Below are positions 36,268 to 50,530 of a stretch of DNA of 64,000 nucleotides, one piece after another (position 1 is the first letter of the stretch; each line of letters starts with the position of its first letter). The notes below the pieces were generated by a model that was not told the DNA's origin, ran no database searches, and was given only the letters and a program-made list of their open reading frames with translations. The DNA is taken from the NCBI RefSeq assembly GCF_000181795.1, contig NW_003526943.1, forward strand, positions 3,933,228 to 3,997,227, written 5' to 3'. The DNA comes from Trichinella spiralis (taxonomy: Eukaryota). The translations under genes and the position numbers were made by a program.

Positions 36268-37745
36268 AAAAATTCCCATATTGCATACTTTTTTCTACCA
36301 ATTATCCAAACCTGAAGATCATATCTGTTCTAAGCTACGATGATTTTTTCCCTTTTTTCAGTCATTTTTCAAATGATGATGCGTATGTTCTGTTGTTTAT
36401 TGCAGTTGAAAACAATCTTTTTTGTTGATTTTTTAAACAATGCATTTTTGTATTTTTTATCTTCTATTTTATTATAATCTTTTAGCAATACTTGCAGTTA
36501 TTTATACTGAATTGATTTTGATGGAAGAAAAATATATGCTTTTATAAATCATTGACTCGAAGAGTTGCTTCTCTTGCCAGCTGCCTGAAAATATTTCACA
36601 AACCCTCTAAAAGCCAGTCAGCCGTTTCAGAGTTCAACTCATAAATTTCAGCTGGCATGTGCTGTGTTATTCTGTGAAAGCTGATAAAACAGCTTCCTCA
36701 ATTTTGGAAAATTATTCATGTATAAAATAAAAATTTCTGATATTTATTCTTTACTTTTTTATTTCAATACATATGTTCTTTCTATTTTATATTTCTTTTA
36801 TAATAAACAGTAATAAATATGGTCAGTATTCCGCTTGACTTTCATTTGTCAATTTCAAAAGCAGAATTATAATAATTGAAGTTCAACTATTTGTTCATCT
36901 ATCTGCTGTATACTTTTACTAGAGTTTAAAATATGTTCTCTATCCATCCAATAATGCATATCATTCAATTAAATATCTTATTGAAATAATGAGAACAATA
37001 TAACGACACCCACAGCACATGACAACAAATTCAAATATATGCATAGATATAATTACAAATATAAACAACAGATAAAATGAAAATTAGCAATAACCTATTA
37101 TTAATTTTATAAATTAGCTGATACTTATCAATTACAATTAATGCTTAATGCTCCAACTTTTTGGAATCGTTTTAATTCAAAAGCGTTACAACAATTTTTC
37201 TTTCTCCAAAATTTCAAATCAGCTAGGAATTATAAAAAATTTTTTTCAATTTACATGATCGTTTAGCTAGCTAAAATTCACCATAAAATTATTCTATTCA
37301 ACATTTCACGACAACAATATGCATACTGCACAATTATCAAAAAAAGTGGAAGAATTCACTTTTTCTTTGTTATGCAATTAGTCATCTCTATTATCTATTC
37401 ACCCATTTTCCCAACTCAAATATGCCCTTGACAATCTGTTGCAAACAATCATATCAAGACCAATATATTTATTATGTTTTTTTTGTTCAAATGGTTCTTT
37501 TGATAGCAGTTATATAAATCGAGAAAAAAAATTAGTTTTTTACCGAAAGAAAAAGCAACGGTTTACTTGGAAAAAAATGGAGTGATATAAAGAAAACTTG
37601 AACAAGAAACACGAGGGTTAGATGCCTAACGAAATGAAATGGTAACGGGCAAGGTGATGATCATCCTTAGAGAAAATGCCGAAAACTTTTGTCACAGAAT
37701 TCATTCATTCATCCATTCATTTCATTCATTCCATTGTGTGCGCGA

Positions 37746-38738
37746 TTAATCAGTCGCTGCTTCTTGACTTTTACGAACACACTTCGCCACCCGTTTCTTG
37801 AATTCAGTGTAATCTTCACGCCACTGCTTCTGAAATTTAAATTTAAATTAAACATCCACCGCAATCTTTATTGAAGCTGTTAAATTGCAGATAAAAATAT
37901 CCGTGATTTACAGCTGCGTCGACATTCGCAGGCGACTGATCGTTCGGGTCGGCCAGCAATGATATAACCGATATCAGGATGCTTTCGACAGTGTGAATGG
38001 GCAGCCAACGTTCGGACGCTTTTTCGTAGCCGTATTTGTCATCACCGGGTTCGTGCAGAATCGAAATGCACACATTCCCATCCTTGTCAACTGCAAAAGA
38101 AAAAGTCCCACTCAGAGAATGAACCTACTTTTCAATAATCTATTGAAAACAACAATCATAAATCACGAAATAAATCAAAAGTCCAACAATTAATTCAACC
38201 TACTAAACAATATCATTGCAAAACCTCTATTTCAAATTATTACAATTGTAAAAATAACAAACGACGACACACCGCTTATTCTCTCTTTAAAAATTTTAAA
38301 AGTTCTACAATTTGTGAAACAGCAAAAACTTACTGTTTGGATGCCAAATTTCAGTAATAAATTTCATTTTCGGAGGACGAAGAGGATATTCTCGAGGAAA
38401 ATCAAGCAGTGCTTTGAAAAATCCCCCTTCACTGAAAAGTGTGATTTAATGACAAGTGGAGAAAATCAATTAATTTAAAAACATTATGTAGACTATCAGA
38501 TGCATACTATGGCGTGTCGGCCGGACCAATGATCAGCACTTCCCAATGGTAAACGTCGTTGTCATTAATCAAACCGGCGGAAAAGCCATCGACAGGTTTT
38601 CTCTTTAATTCTGAAACAAGTACATTTACATAAATATAAATAAATATATGTATCAATTCCCTCACGGATGTAACCGAAAAGCAACTTTTTACCTGCCAAT
38701 TGTTTGCGGAGCAACAACGCGGACTGAGATTCAGACAT
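37746..38738 (-). CDS. UBE2G1: Ubiquitin-conjugating enzyme E2 G1 (ubc-7)
   Basis: [120 protein letters not shown]...|KQWRED...[10 protein letters not shown]. Confidence 0.96.
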
Positions 38739-41296
38739 AACTAATAATATCAACGGATGCTACTCCACTATATGGAAATATATTGATGAAGCTTTCAAAA
38801 GAAAACACCTAAATTATTACAGTTCAAATAATGATAGAAACAGGTAATTTAACAAATTATACTTATTCTTTAAAATATTTAATTTAATTTAAAAATAGTC
38901 GCTCTGATTCAGAAAAGGCTGCTGCGTACTTCAATCCTCAAAAGGCTAAACCAGTGTTAAATACCTTATACCCAAAAACGGCAAACATTACTGAATTACT
39001 TTACGGTAAAGAACAGGTGAAAAGGAAAAGCAAGTTCAATAAACATTACGAATACCGTAAACCACTTACACGACTGCAATTTTAGTATTTTCAAAATATT
39101 AGTTCTCCAAATATTTGAGAAGATCATTATACTAACTGAAAATGCAGAAATCAAATATACAACATGCAATCATTAACAAAGGTCGAACATTTTAAACTGT
39201 TGAAATGCCTATTCTTCATTCAAAGATAAGTTGTTCAACTTCTCCCGCAGAATGTGACAATTCTCCACACACACAGTCTCACCATACGGACAATTCTGCT
39301 AGTGTAAAATTACTAGCAGCATATTTGTAACTTATCGTGTCTGTGAAGATTATCTCCTTTCACAAAAACAAAGAAACTCGTTTCAAAATCATTTTTATCA
39401 GAGATGCTCGACAATGAAAAAATTCTTTATTATAAAAAAATATATATATATTAGTTATAAAGAAATCACTAATATTCTCTGGTTAAATCATTTTTTGATT
39501 AAATAAAATTATAATTAAATGCAAAGCAATACTTACAGGTAAGAGTAACGTATTCAATAAACACCAACCTGAAGGCTTAAACTAAAACTGAAAGGTATGA
39601 CACATTTAACAAGGTTAAATAACATACTGTAATTTATAATACTATTACATTAAAAATCTCAAATGTTAACAGCTCAAAAATTTTGTAAAACTGCTTCAAC
39701 AAATTATTTCACTGTTTTAAATCATTAAAAATAAATATACAATTGTAATTATACATACATATACTTTTACGGTAGGATGGTTTCTTTATCATTGTAATCT
39801 ATTCTTTTCGGCATAAATTTTATAAATGAGACGGGTAATACTCTAGGTGGATTATTCAAATTTTCCACATTCGAAAGAAAGTAATAAATACATATTTATT
39901 TACATATTCATTTATTTACACACACAATGTATTACAGTATATTAATAATGCTTAAGTAATTTATACAATTAATGGTAACCCTGTCATCTGATTATGAGCA
40001 GTGTCAGAATTTTAAAAAGAATTTGATTGTAAATATTCACAGTTTTGTAATTAAATAAACTGGAGAATTGGATTTCAATTGTTCACATTGTTAGTTATAT
40101 TTCAATAAGACCGATACCTTTAATATTTTGATACATGGTTAGAGAACACTGTTAAATAAATTATAACTGAAATAATTGCAGAACAGAAAGCTTCTTCTTT
40201 TGCTACAAAAAATTAATTATCAAGTACAAAGCCCCCAATTGTTGTTACGTTATTGGTGCTAGCAAACACACAGGGTTAGTGAGTGCCTGTCACTACCAGC
40301 AAATGTCAAAAAAATGACAAGGAAGTGTGTTGAACTGCCTATGGCTTTAGTAACGCTTTGCTTCATAGGTGAATAAATTGCAAAGTTCACAAATCAGGTT
40401 GCAGTTGAACATACATTTTCCTGAAGTAATTGGTTAATAATAATTACACCCAGATCAGTATAAAAATCAGTCTTTTCGCATTGTTTATACTGTAGAAAAA
40501 CAAATTTACTCTTTCTTGATAATCATGGTTACTGGTTGAATAACAATGTCGTTGGGTATATTTCAGTTCTAATTTTGACAAACAGACTTTTGAAAGCTTT
40601 TTTTGTTTCTATTGAGGACCATTTCCGAGAGCTGTTTCAGAAGGCAAAATTTCAATGTGTAAATTTTCAATTGAAAGCAACTGCTCACCGGCAGCTGAGC
40701 GTAAAACTTTTTACTTGCCATACTTTCTTCGACAAATAATTCCCATCATCAATTTTCACTGATAGCTGAAGCCGGTTATTATTTCTAGCCTAGCAATCGC
40801 GTGAAGCAGTAGTTAGCTAAAAGTGGTCTTTCTTTTATAAACGCTTTGCTATTATTATTAATCACACGAAAAGCCAACTTAATTTTTACAAATCAAATGT
40901 CAATTTAACGAGTATATTCTGCAATTGCTATTGAATTATAGTGCACAAGCGTTGATTTTATCAAACATTTGATTTATCAGAGCTAAATTTATAAAAAAGT
41001 AGATGAAAGCAGATAAAACTTAAACAAAAAGATTAAATTGCCCATTTAGTATTTGAAGTCACAATTTTTCATCTCTTTGCGTTCGTCTATGATGGCCGCC
41101 ATAGCTGAATTTATGTATAGTAGAAAACTGCACTGGTAGTATTTCGGTTGTCTATGCAGATGAATATACAGATTAAACGAAGATAAGAATAAAGATATGT
41201 TAATTATACGCAAAGGAAATGTAGGTCGTTGAATATGTATTCAATGTTATTAATCATTAGTCTATTTTGATTTAAGATAAACAAGGCTGAAAACAT

Positions 41297-41304
<8 letters not shown>

Positions 41305-41344
<40 letters not shown>
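41305..41344. repeat. (TA)20 microsatellite
   Basis: Perfect TA run. Confidence 0.95.
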
Positions 41345-41346
<2 letters not shown>

Positions 41347-43032
41347 ATGGTTACATGATAGATAGAACACTCAACTAACTCTCGGACGGATGACATTTTC
41401 GCATGCAAAATTGAAAAGAAAGACGTCTGGAAGAAAGGACATAGATAAAACGAAGCCAATACAGGGTATTTATATAAATGATAAAATTGCGAGTCATACG
41501 AAACTGCTAGGCAATTTCTTCATTTAAAATATCTAAAACTATAATGAACAGCAAGCAATGTTACTTTCTCCTTTTGCCAAGATGTACAGAAGAAAACTGG
41601 TGAGCTTGGTTTCAACGAAAAGGTGAAAAAATATTGCTAGCCAACACTATTTTATATCTTGGCTGTATCGCACGTAAAATATGCAAAATTTTGAAAATAT
41701 TTTTAAGTTTTAGAAATTATAAAAGAAATTTGATCAATAAATGCCAATGAAAGAAAGGCAACATAGCATACGAGCGAAACGGACGAAATGAATCGAAAGT
41801 TGAAACCAATCAAAAAATAAAACTGCCGTTTGAAAAAATGTAATCTTTTTATCTGAACAAAATGCTTTCAACATACAGCAAGTTTAAAATTATTGACAAA
41901 AGTTTAATAGATAATAATAAAAATCATACAAATATATAATTTGTCAATTGCACATCTTTCGCTTACAGATCAAAACAAACAAAATAAATATTTTAATATT
42001 TCTGAAAGTGAAAACAAAGTTTTTGCACTAATGCAAAGATAGAATAGAACAAAAGTAAATAAAGTATAAAACTGCTCAGATTGTTTTTCTAAAAATTTCT
42101 TTAAATTGTGAATCAATAAAATTTGACAATTCAAACAAGAAACGCTCTGGCACAACAAACACATCAGCGCAGAAAATGTACAGTGATTTGTCACTTTAAT
42201 TTGAAAAAAAGAAAGAATTCTAAATTTCAACAAACTGCTTCCAACTGTTCAAATGTGAACACATCAGTTTATCATCAATCAATATCATCACCACAACGAG
42301 GAAAATTTCATTTTCAATTAATTGCAAATACCAATTTTATCTTTTGATTGTTTTCATTGAAAATTAAAAGCAAAAAAAAATAAAATCAATCTCAACGTAG
42401 AAATTAAATTTTCAAGCGGATGCACTTTCACAAGTATCAAAAGAAAATAGAAATCATGAAAACGACGAGTGGTGATGGATGCCATTTTATGGAAAATAAA
42501 AAAAATTTCTCCAAAATTATTTATTCAATATCCACGTGAAAATATGATTCTTTTTGTTTTGGAGACAGAAGAAAAAATTGAATTATTAAACAAAAATAAT
42601 GGATCAACATGCCATTGAATCGAGCACCAATGATGCAACTTGACGAAAGAGAGAAAAAAAAGAAAAGTAAGTACAACTCTTGAATTGAAATTGTCGAAAA
42701 TGGAAACTGCCCTGCCTCTCGAGTGAGAAGACCAAAAGTACAAAAAAGATAAACCAAATATAATCGAATCGAACAATGAAGAAAAGCTATTCGGATGAAA
42801 TGTGAGAAGAAGGAAAAGGTGTGGCACAACTGGATGTTTCTGTGCGCAAAAAGAAACCCTATATGTTGTACTTGTCTTGTAGCAGTAATAATGAAAATAA
42901 AAATCAATCACAACAACATTCATCATCGATAAAGCAGACCAACAATACATAACAGCACTGCAAAAATATTTTTTCACAAAAATACCTCCGATGGAAAAAA
43001 ATTTTTTTGAAATATTACACAACAACGTTCAT

Positions 43033-45828
43033 TCAGGTGACAACGTCCCTTTTGCACAAGTTGTAAAGCGAATACTGAGTATCCCTGGTGACTTCTTTCG
43101 ATACTGTAATAAAAGTTGGTATCGGTAAATTTCCAGTCGTGTTGGTCGTGTAAGTCACCAAAATTTTCAAATCGTGACATCTTAAAAAAAGAAAAAGAAA
43201 AAAACACATCACGAGATGTAGAGGGAAGAATTTTCCAAAATCGACCAATAACCAACCAACCTCTTAGGACAGGGTTCTACAAAAACGTCCAGTTGATAAT
43301 AGTGATGGGCGTGCACAAAGCAAAGACGCTTTTTGAATGTCGGATATGTGGCCGGATCGACGTGTGCACGAAGCATCTGTCGGCAAAATTTTCAATGTGA
43401 ATTCAAAGGATAAAAATAAAATTTTGAAAATCATATTCACTTCATATTCTCTTCGACTGAGCAATGCTTTCGTCTCCACTGGAACCCCGTCGACAACCCT
43501 CCGCTCGTTAATCGTGTACAGCCAGTTACCTGAAAAAATGCTTCATCCATTCCATGCATCATTTCATCAGTTGTGTTGAAACAAAATAAACCATCAGTTA
43601 ACTGATGATCACAACATTACCATTTTGACCACGGCGTCGAATCCATGTCTGACCCATGTCACTTCTAACGCATTCGTGTACAACATCAAATTCTTGATAA
43701 TCTTTACATTGCTTAATAGATCATATATGAAAGATAGAAATAAAATGAAAAAAAACAACAAATTTGAAGCAAAATGCAAATCACACGCGTGTATAAATAT
43801 GTCAGAAGTTGGGAAATTACCGAAAGATCAAAGTTGGATACTAAAAATTTCCTTTTGATGCTATTCGGAGCCAAACGATCTCCGTACTCCACGCCGGCTC
43901 GATCGCAGATCACCTGAATAAATAAAAATACTTCAAAGTCACATTTTTTTCGATTAAATTTTCTTCTCTTTTCCAACTTGAGCCATTTTCAGCATCTTAT
44001 CACGAAATGTTTTGCAATTTTCATTATCGATAATATCCATATAAGGATGGCCAACCCAAACCTGAATTCAACAAAACACATTCAATATTTAAAATAAATA
44101 AATAAACACAGAAATAATATTCAACATAAATGAAATATTCTTTCCAAGTGCTTTTTTTCTTGTTCTTCTCTTTTAAATGAACATGAGATTCAAAAATACA
44201 ATAATTACTGTTAAATATTGAAATGTTATTTAGCCTTTTCAAATCATTCTTACGAAATAATATGTTCACCTGAGAAAAAAGAGAGTACAAAAATTCGTGC
44301 AGAGCTTAGTGTAGGAAAAATTACATGTCTGGTTCTGTGTTCCACTTCGCGGGCTTCTTCCAAACTTTCCAAACGAAGAGCAGTTGAGCAGTGGTAGAAA
44401 TTTTCAGCCCCAACCGCAGCGCTGACCTAGAAAACAACATCACGTCTCGACCGTAAGCCGTATCTCCCCGACCGCATACGGTGCCGCTTACTAGGTGGAC
44501 AATTTGATTGTAGCGTTGATCTCGCAGCGCAATTGGATTCAAATTATTTCTTCTCAAAATTTCTTCCCACGCTTCACGATTCAAATCTAACACAAATATA
44601 AATAAATATTGAGCAAAAAAATAATTTAATTTAATTTAAATATTAATACAACAATTTCACTGATCAACTTTGAGCAAAGTCAAAATCAACTGTATTGATT
44701 TCAATCTAAGAAACAAACTATGTCCAAAAGCATAGACAAAATTGAACACTATTTTTAACGTAAACAAACGACAAATTCGTTCGCAATCACTAAAACAAAC
44801 AATTCTCTATACATATCTGCTATGTTGAAAAGATACAATTTTATTTAATAATTTCAGTTTCAGAATCTGTTGCGTAAAAAAACGACAAATCGACATCTAA
44901 TTCAATAATGTGCAAAAAAACTCATTTCAATCGATGCATTAATAAATTATCGCTCGACCTAACTGATCATTTAAAAAAAAAGACAAAAAATTGAAAATTT
45001 GCTGAAAATCAAAGCTGACAACACTGGCCCATCCGTTGAAATAATGACCGTCTGTCTGATTTGTTAGAATGAACACAACACAAATACGGCTGCATTCGAT
45101 CGATTTTATCAATTTCAATAACAGTAATTATTAAACATCTCAACTGGTCAATTTTCGCTTTTAAATTTCAAAAATATTCAACTAATTTTCACCAATCAAC
45201 CAATTCGTGCAAAGCAAAATTCTCAAACTGAAACTAGTCACTTTGTCGAGTAATTACAAAAAAATCTCAAAAACAAAAAAGGGCTTTTTCTACAACTAGA
45301 AAAAAATATGCTCATTTAAGTAAAAAACACGCTGATTAAAAGTTCAATGAATGAATTCAAGTCACTCACAAGCCGAGCCGTCCATAGCACCTCGATCGCA
45401 TATGACCAAACAATTTTCACCGCAAGTCTCGGCAAGAGACATGAACGAATCTTCAAGACGCAACAATGTCAAAAGCAGATTCTCTTGGAAACGCATAACC
45501 TGCTCTTCGTTGAGTTCGTTGAATCGGGCTCCGCCTCTAAAATTACGAAACAATTATGAATAGAATAAATGGAAACAATTTTTCAACTGATTAAACTTGC
45601 TTGAACATGATCGTGGCCAATTCAGGAACTCGAAACACTTTCCAGCCGATTGCTTCAAAAAATGACGCCAAAAATTCTTGGCCAGTCGTTTTCCCGCTGC
45701 ACGGACCTCCAATATGAAAAATTAACACAACATGCAGTTGAAAATTATATATTCAAAATTTTCGTCCAGTTATCACCTCCGGTTAGCACCACTTTGTAAA
45801 CTTTTCGCTCATCTCCGTTGCGAATCAT
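43033..45828 (-). CDS. TTD14: TRPL translocation defect protein 14-like (NadR/Ttd14 P-loop NTPase plus CYTH-like C-terminal domain)
   Basis: [19 protein letters not shown] (Walker A), [59 protein letters not shown]-type exon, [22 protein letters not shown]. About 10 exons. Confidence 0.88.
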
Positions 45829-46373
45829 CTTACAAGTCTGACAAACAAACAAAATTCCTGCCGCGCTGGAATTCTACTAGTCTACTGTATTCACAAAATA
45901 AAATTAGGTAATAACTTTGAAAAATGTGCATTCCTCGAAAATAATCCTAAAAAAATATTGTGATAAATTATTTTAAAAAATATTTTAAATTTCAGTTTTT
46001 TTGTATTATGAAATTTTTTATTAACCATTCAAAAGTCTCTCTTAATAAACAAGTTATATTCTTTTGTATGATTGCTTAAAAAACACGTCATTATTGCAAA
46101 AAAATTATTTTTTATAGTATTTTTTAAAAAAATTAAGTTTTTAATAAATGCACATTCAAGAATTTCAATTCAAATTGATTTACTGTTTCATTTCGCAAAA
46201 CGCTAACGCTCGCGGTGTAACAGAGAGAAGAGGAATTCCCAGTTTATTTTGCTTAAAGAAATTCTAATAAATTTGCAAAAAATATAAAATCGTTACAATC
46301 AATCACTAAAAAGCTTAAATATCTATACTCCTGTGCAATACAATTTCAATAAAGAATAACCACTGTAGCGTTA

Positions 46374-47609
46374 TTAAGTGTTTTTTTCTTGTGCATTGTT
46401 GTACATCAACTTCAACATGTCTAAGCTCTTTTGATAAGGACGATCCGCTAGACGACTTTGTCGAAGCCAAGTTTTCTTGACTTCCTTCCAATGTGGCAAA
46501 TACGACTGCAATATTCTTTGCGGAGTACTCAAATCCACATCAGCATCATCGGTTTCGTTCATTACCACAGTCGGTGGAATTCTCGATATAGGCGAAGTAG
46601 ATGGACTCGGAGGTGGCAAGCTGTAAATTTCCGTGTTACGTTCATTCCACTTCACCTTAATAAAAAAACAATTCTATTTCTGTTTTTCTAATCTAAAATA
46701 ATAATCAAATTAAAAAAAATTGCTTCATGAACAACATTCAAATTGCATTTTAATGCAATCGTACCAAAGATGCATCTGACTTTTCCAATTCAGCAGCTCG
46801 AGTTTGTGCAATGCCATCAATTGGTTCCTCTTCTGTCGTTTCATTTTCAGCTTTATTCATATGCCGAGGTTCATCGTTACCATACATCCAAATGCGTGAA
46901 AGTCTGTACAATGAATAGTTTCCATGCACTTGCCTCAGTTCGAAAGACTTCTGGCATAGTTCAAATATTATTTCTAAAAAACAATCCAATATAAAAATAC
47001 AATTCAAACAGTGAAAACTAAAAAAAATAAAGTACATTTTATATAAAACTAATTAAATTTAGAAATACTTTTTTCCTTATCTTTCGCACGTTTACGACTT
47101 TTGACAGGAGTTGAATCTGCAGTCTTTCTTCCAGAACATCTATTAAAATAAATTATACTTCATAATTACTCACTAATTTCCAAAACAAGATTAAAACCAT
47201 TCTACAATCTATGCTAATAAAATCAGATAAATAATACTACTTACTCACGAGCCTCATTTCTTCCATCATTTCCACTAGCATCAGCCATTTGCGATCTGCA
47301 ATTAAGATGACGATAAAATTCAAAACTGAACACTGAATAAAAAGGGAAAAAATGAACAACCACCATTAAATGTACGGTCAAAAATTTCTGACATTATTTT
47401 GAATTGAAAATAATTCAAACAAGTTCGTTCGCAAAAAACATAAATTTGCATATGCTCAACTGCAAATAATATTCATTTTACTTTATTGCGCGATGCATAT
47501 CCTCTTTCATTCGGTGAATAGCAATATCAAAGTCTTTATATGCCTTCACAACCTCTGGAGAAGTCAAATTTGGAGGAGGCTCAAATGGTTCCAAATCAAA
47601 AACATTCAT
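46374..47609 (-). CDS. LIN37: DREAM/MuvB complex subunit LIN37 homolog
   Basis: MNVFDLE...EVVKAYKDFDIAIHRMKE, basic KSRKRAKDKEK, IIFELCQKSFELRQVHGNYSLYRLSRIWM (similar to YVIKLFDRSVDLAQF...LYPICRAWM), IYSLPPP..SRIP, HWKEVKKTW...YQKSLDML. Confidence 0.82.
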
Positions 47610-48041
47610 TTCTATCGATCTGAAACAAATTTACATTCAGAAAACGCTAAATTAGCGATAAAAAACATTAAAAAAGTATAAATTCAGTTAACGAGAAAAC
47701 ATTCACGAAAATTAAAATCAAATTTGTAAAAAACAATAAAAATAACTTTTCAAATTCTTAATGATGAATATTCTTATAACATAAAGATACGAATGCATCA
47801 TCAAAAAGCATAGCAAAAACATAAATAAAAAAGCATAAAAAGCTTTCAAAATTCAAAAAGCAATAGATGTAAATGGTATTTAAAATCTCGACAATTCACA
47901 ATCTCACATTCTGTAACAACTGCAACAAACCAACTAACGCAATCAAAAGTGTTTACTGACAGTAATAATTGACAATCTGCAAGGACATTAATATTCCACA
48001 ATATATTTATTGTATAACAACAGATTTTCAACAATCTAAGG

Positions 48042-48196
48042 TGTTGCGTTTTCAGGTCACCAACTCTGCGTTACGTAAAATTTATTACTCGACAATACGA
48101 ATAATACTCGATAAAATAATAATACAAGTCACAGATACTGTAATGATGACATGCAAGTAATATTGTGGTGGTACAGTAAAATATTGGTATACAACA
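48042..48196 (-). repeat. 3' LTR (TG...CA, 155 bp)
   Basis: Direct repeat of 50531-50662, sharing ...GATACTGTAAT.ATGACATGCAAGTAATATT.TGGT.GTACAGTAA.ATATTGGTATACAACA. Confidence 0.9.
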
Positions 48197-50530
48197 CTAC
48201 TCGCATTTTAAGTAAAGATATTCTTCAGTTAATCACTCGCAGTCGAATTTCATCAACGTATTGTTTTCATATCAATATCAGGCCAATCTCCGTACGAACG
48301 ATGTAGAACAGTCCATCGATATTGCAGTGTCATTTTTCATAAGTTCCATAAAGGTGCGCTGATGCTTGCTTGATTGCTTCGCAGCATTTCGGTGATACGC
48401 AACCCAGCAGGACAGTGGGATTCTTTTCCTTTGCAACAATGACAACAACGATGCCGTAATTCGCGCTCAATATGGGCGTATTTGCGCTCCGACGCAGCAA
48501 GTGTTCGTGAATGGAATGCTATAGTCGCTTCTCTATCGCATACCAGTTCATGGGCCAGAACACAAACAACCCCATGAGGTGGGTGATCGCACGTAAGAAT
48601 CACTGGCAGTTGATCATCGTACCGCGCTTATACGGTGTTAGAAGTAATAACGCTTTTTCCTGCCTTTGGGTCCATTTACACAGCATACCTTTGTCTAGCA
48701 GGCGGTGTAATGCTTCTGATGGATGAGATTTGTTTGCTAGAAAATTATGATAACAATTTATCAAACCCAAGTTCCTAGTTGCTCCTCTGTAATGATTACG
48801 CTTTTTATCAACAAGCCAGTCTTTTAATTTAACGGGGCAACGTTTTTCTTCAGTTAGGAATAACTAAACAAAATGATAACACACACGCGAAGGAGGTACA
48901 CAAACGGCAATACTAAAGTCGCTAACACGTCAACACCAACGCACCTTTATGCAAAAGTATATCTCTACTGTAATATATTGATTCTGGAATTGTCCAGATC
49001 AGTGGGGCCTTGTGGATGGCTTCCACCTTCTCTTCTGACGGATGGATTCCTTCAGCGTCCATTCGATAATCATGGAACTTTACACTGTGGCTAACAAAGA
49101 CGCATTTTTCACGGTTCAGGTGGATTCCCGCGTGGTGCAGACGATCGAACACTCGTCTTAAAACTTCTAACAGTTCATGTTGAGAATCTGAAACAATTAA
49201 TACATCGTCGAAGCCTGGAACAACATCATCCAAGTTAGCCAACCACGAGTCCATGAAACGCTGGAAAATACCAGATGCTGACGCATTGCTGAATTGGATT
49301 CGTTTCGCTTTGACAGCTCCTTTATGTATTATTATCGTCTATAACTCGAGCCAATGCTTTGTCGACTTCTGGCTGCTGGTACGCTTGCGTTAGATCTAAT
49401 TTCTCGAATATTCTTCCCTTTTTTTAGTGTTGCCAGGATATCGTTGACAGCTCGTATTTGGTTTAGGTCCTTCCGTAACGCTTTACTCACTGTGCACTTA
49501 TAATCATTGCAAATTCGGAAGCTTCCAACGCTCTTAATGACCGGTACAATTGTCGTAGTCCATGCCCCATGTTGGCCAATCTCCAAAACTCCATGCCTTA
49601 ATAAATGGGTCCAGCTCCTCTCATAAGCGATCTTTGAGTAAAAATGGCACTCACCTGGCGTTCATCTAGATTGGTGGTATGGATCCATCGGTATGGAGTA
49701 CCACTGGTGGTCCTTTGACAGTGCCCAGGGTGTCAGAGAATAATTCAGCATACTCTTCGATCACGTCTTGTACCGAAGTCGGCGCAACGCTATGTACTCC
49801 AACTAGTCGGTTGCCCAATGGCTTGAACGAATTTCTCCAAGCAGACTACGGCGCAGTGCCTTAACAAACCATAACTGGCAGTGACCCAGTGAGTAAACTG
49901 AATTTGACTGGATGGAAAGTCGCACCTAATACCTCGACGACGCGCACTTGGAAGTCTCTCAGTAATGAGTGAAACGGTTCCGTCTCCCAAGTCGCATATG
50001 AGTTGGGCTCTCAGTCGAGACTCTAATGTTTCACCAAAGTTGCAATGCTGTGCCAGATGGCGAAGTTCTCTTACATAAGCCGCCACTCTATCACCCGGCT
50101 ACTGTAGCCGTCGGCGATACAGAATACGTTGGTAAACTTCCGAATGTCAGGGCGAGAAATAATTTCTCAATAACTTTATAACTCCATCGAATGTTTTCGA
50201 AGAAGGGGGGTCTGGCGATGTCAATGATTTTATAATACTATACGCTTTTCTGTCCCATAAACGGCAAAGTACAGCCAGTCTTCTGCAGCTTACACGGATG
50301 GCGTTCGCTTTCAGGAAGAATATTAAGCGAAATAATATTCCATCCCAACATGCCGGATTTGAAATGCCAAACTGTTCGAATTGGATTATCGTTTACATGA
50401 CAGACGCTGTGTTCACGAGGTTATTACGTACGGTGAACTGGTTCTTCGGACGATGCATCTCTCAGCCAAGCTGTTGCAACGGTCTGTATATAGTTCTCAA
50501 CTTGTGAATGCCAACCAATCTAGACGCCAC

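Noticed and set aside
37699..37731. Imperfect (ATTC)n run just after the UBE2G1 stop
   Set aside because: Short simple repeat with no evidence of function.
38800..42500. Gene-poor 3.7-kb stretch that might hide a gene
   Set aside because: No phase-consistent exon chain or recognisable motif found; probably promoter and UTR sequence.
42521..43025. Long hydrophobic minus-strand ORFs (128 and 166 aa)
   Set aside because: Overlapping T-rich frames in the TTD14 3' region with no recognisable motifs; a compositional artefact.
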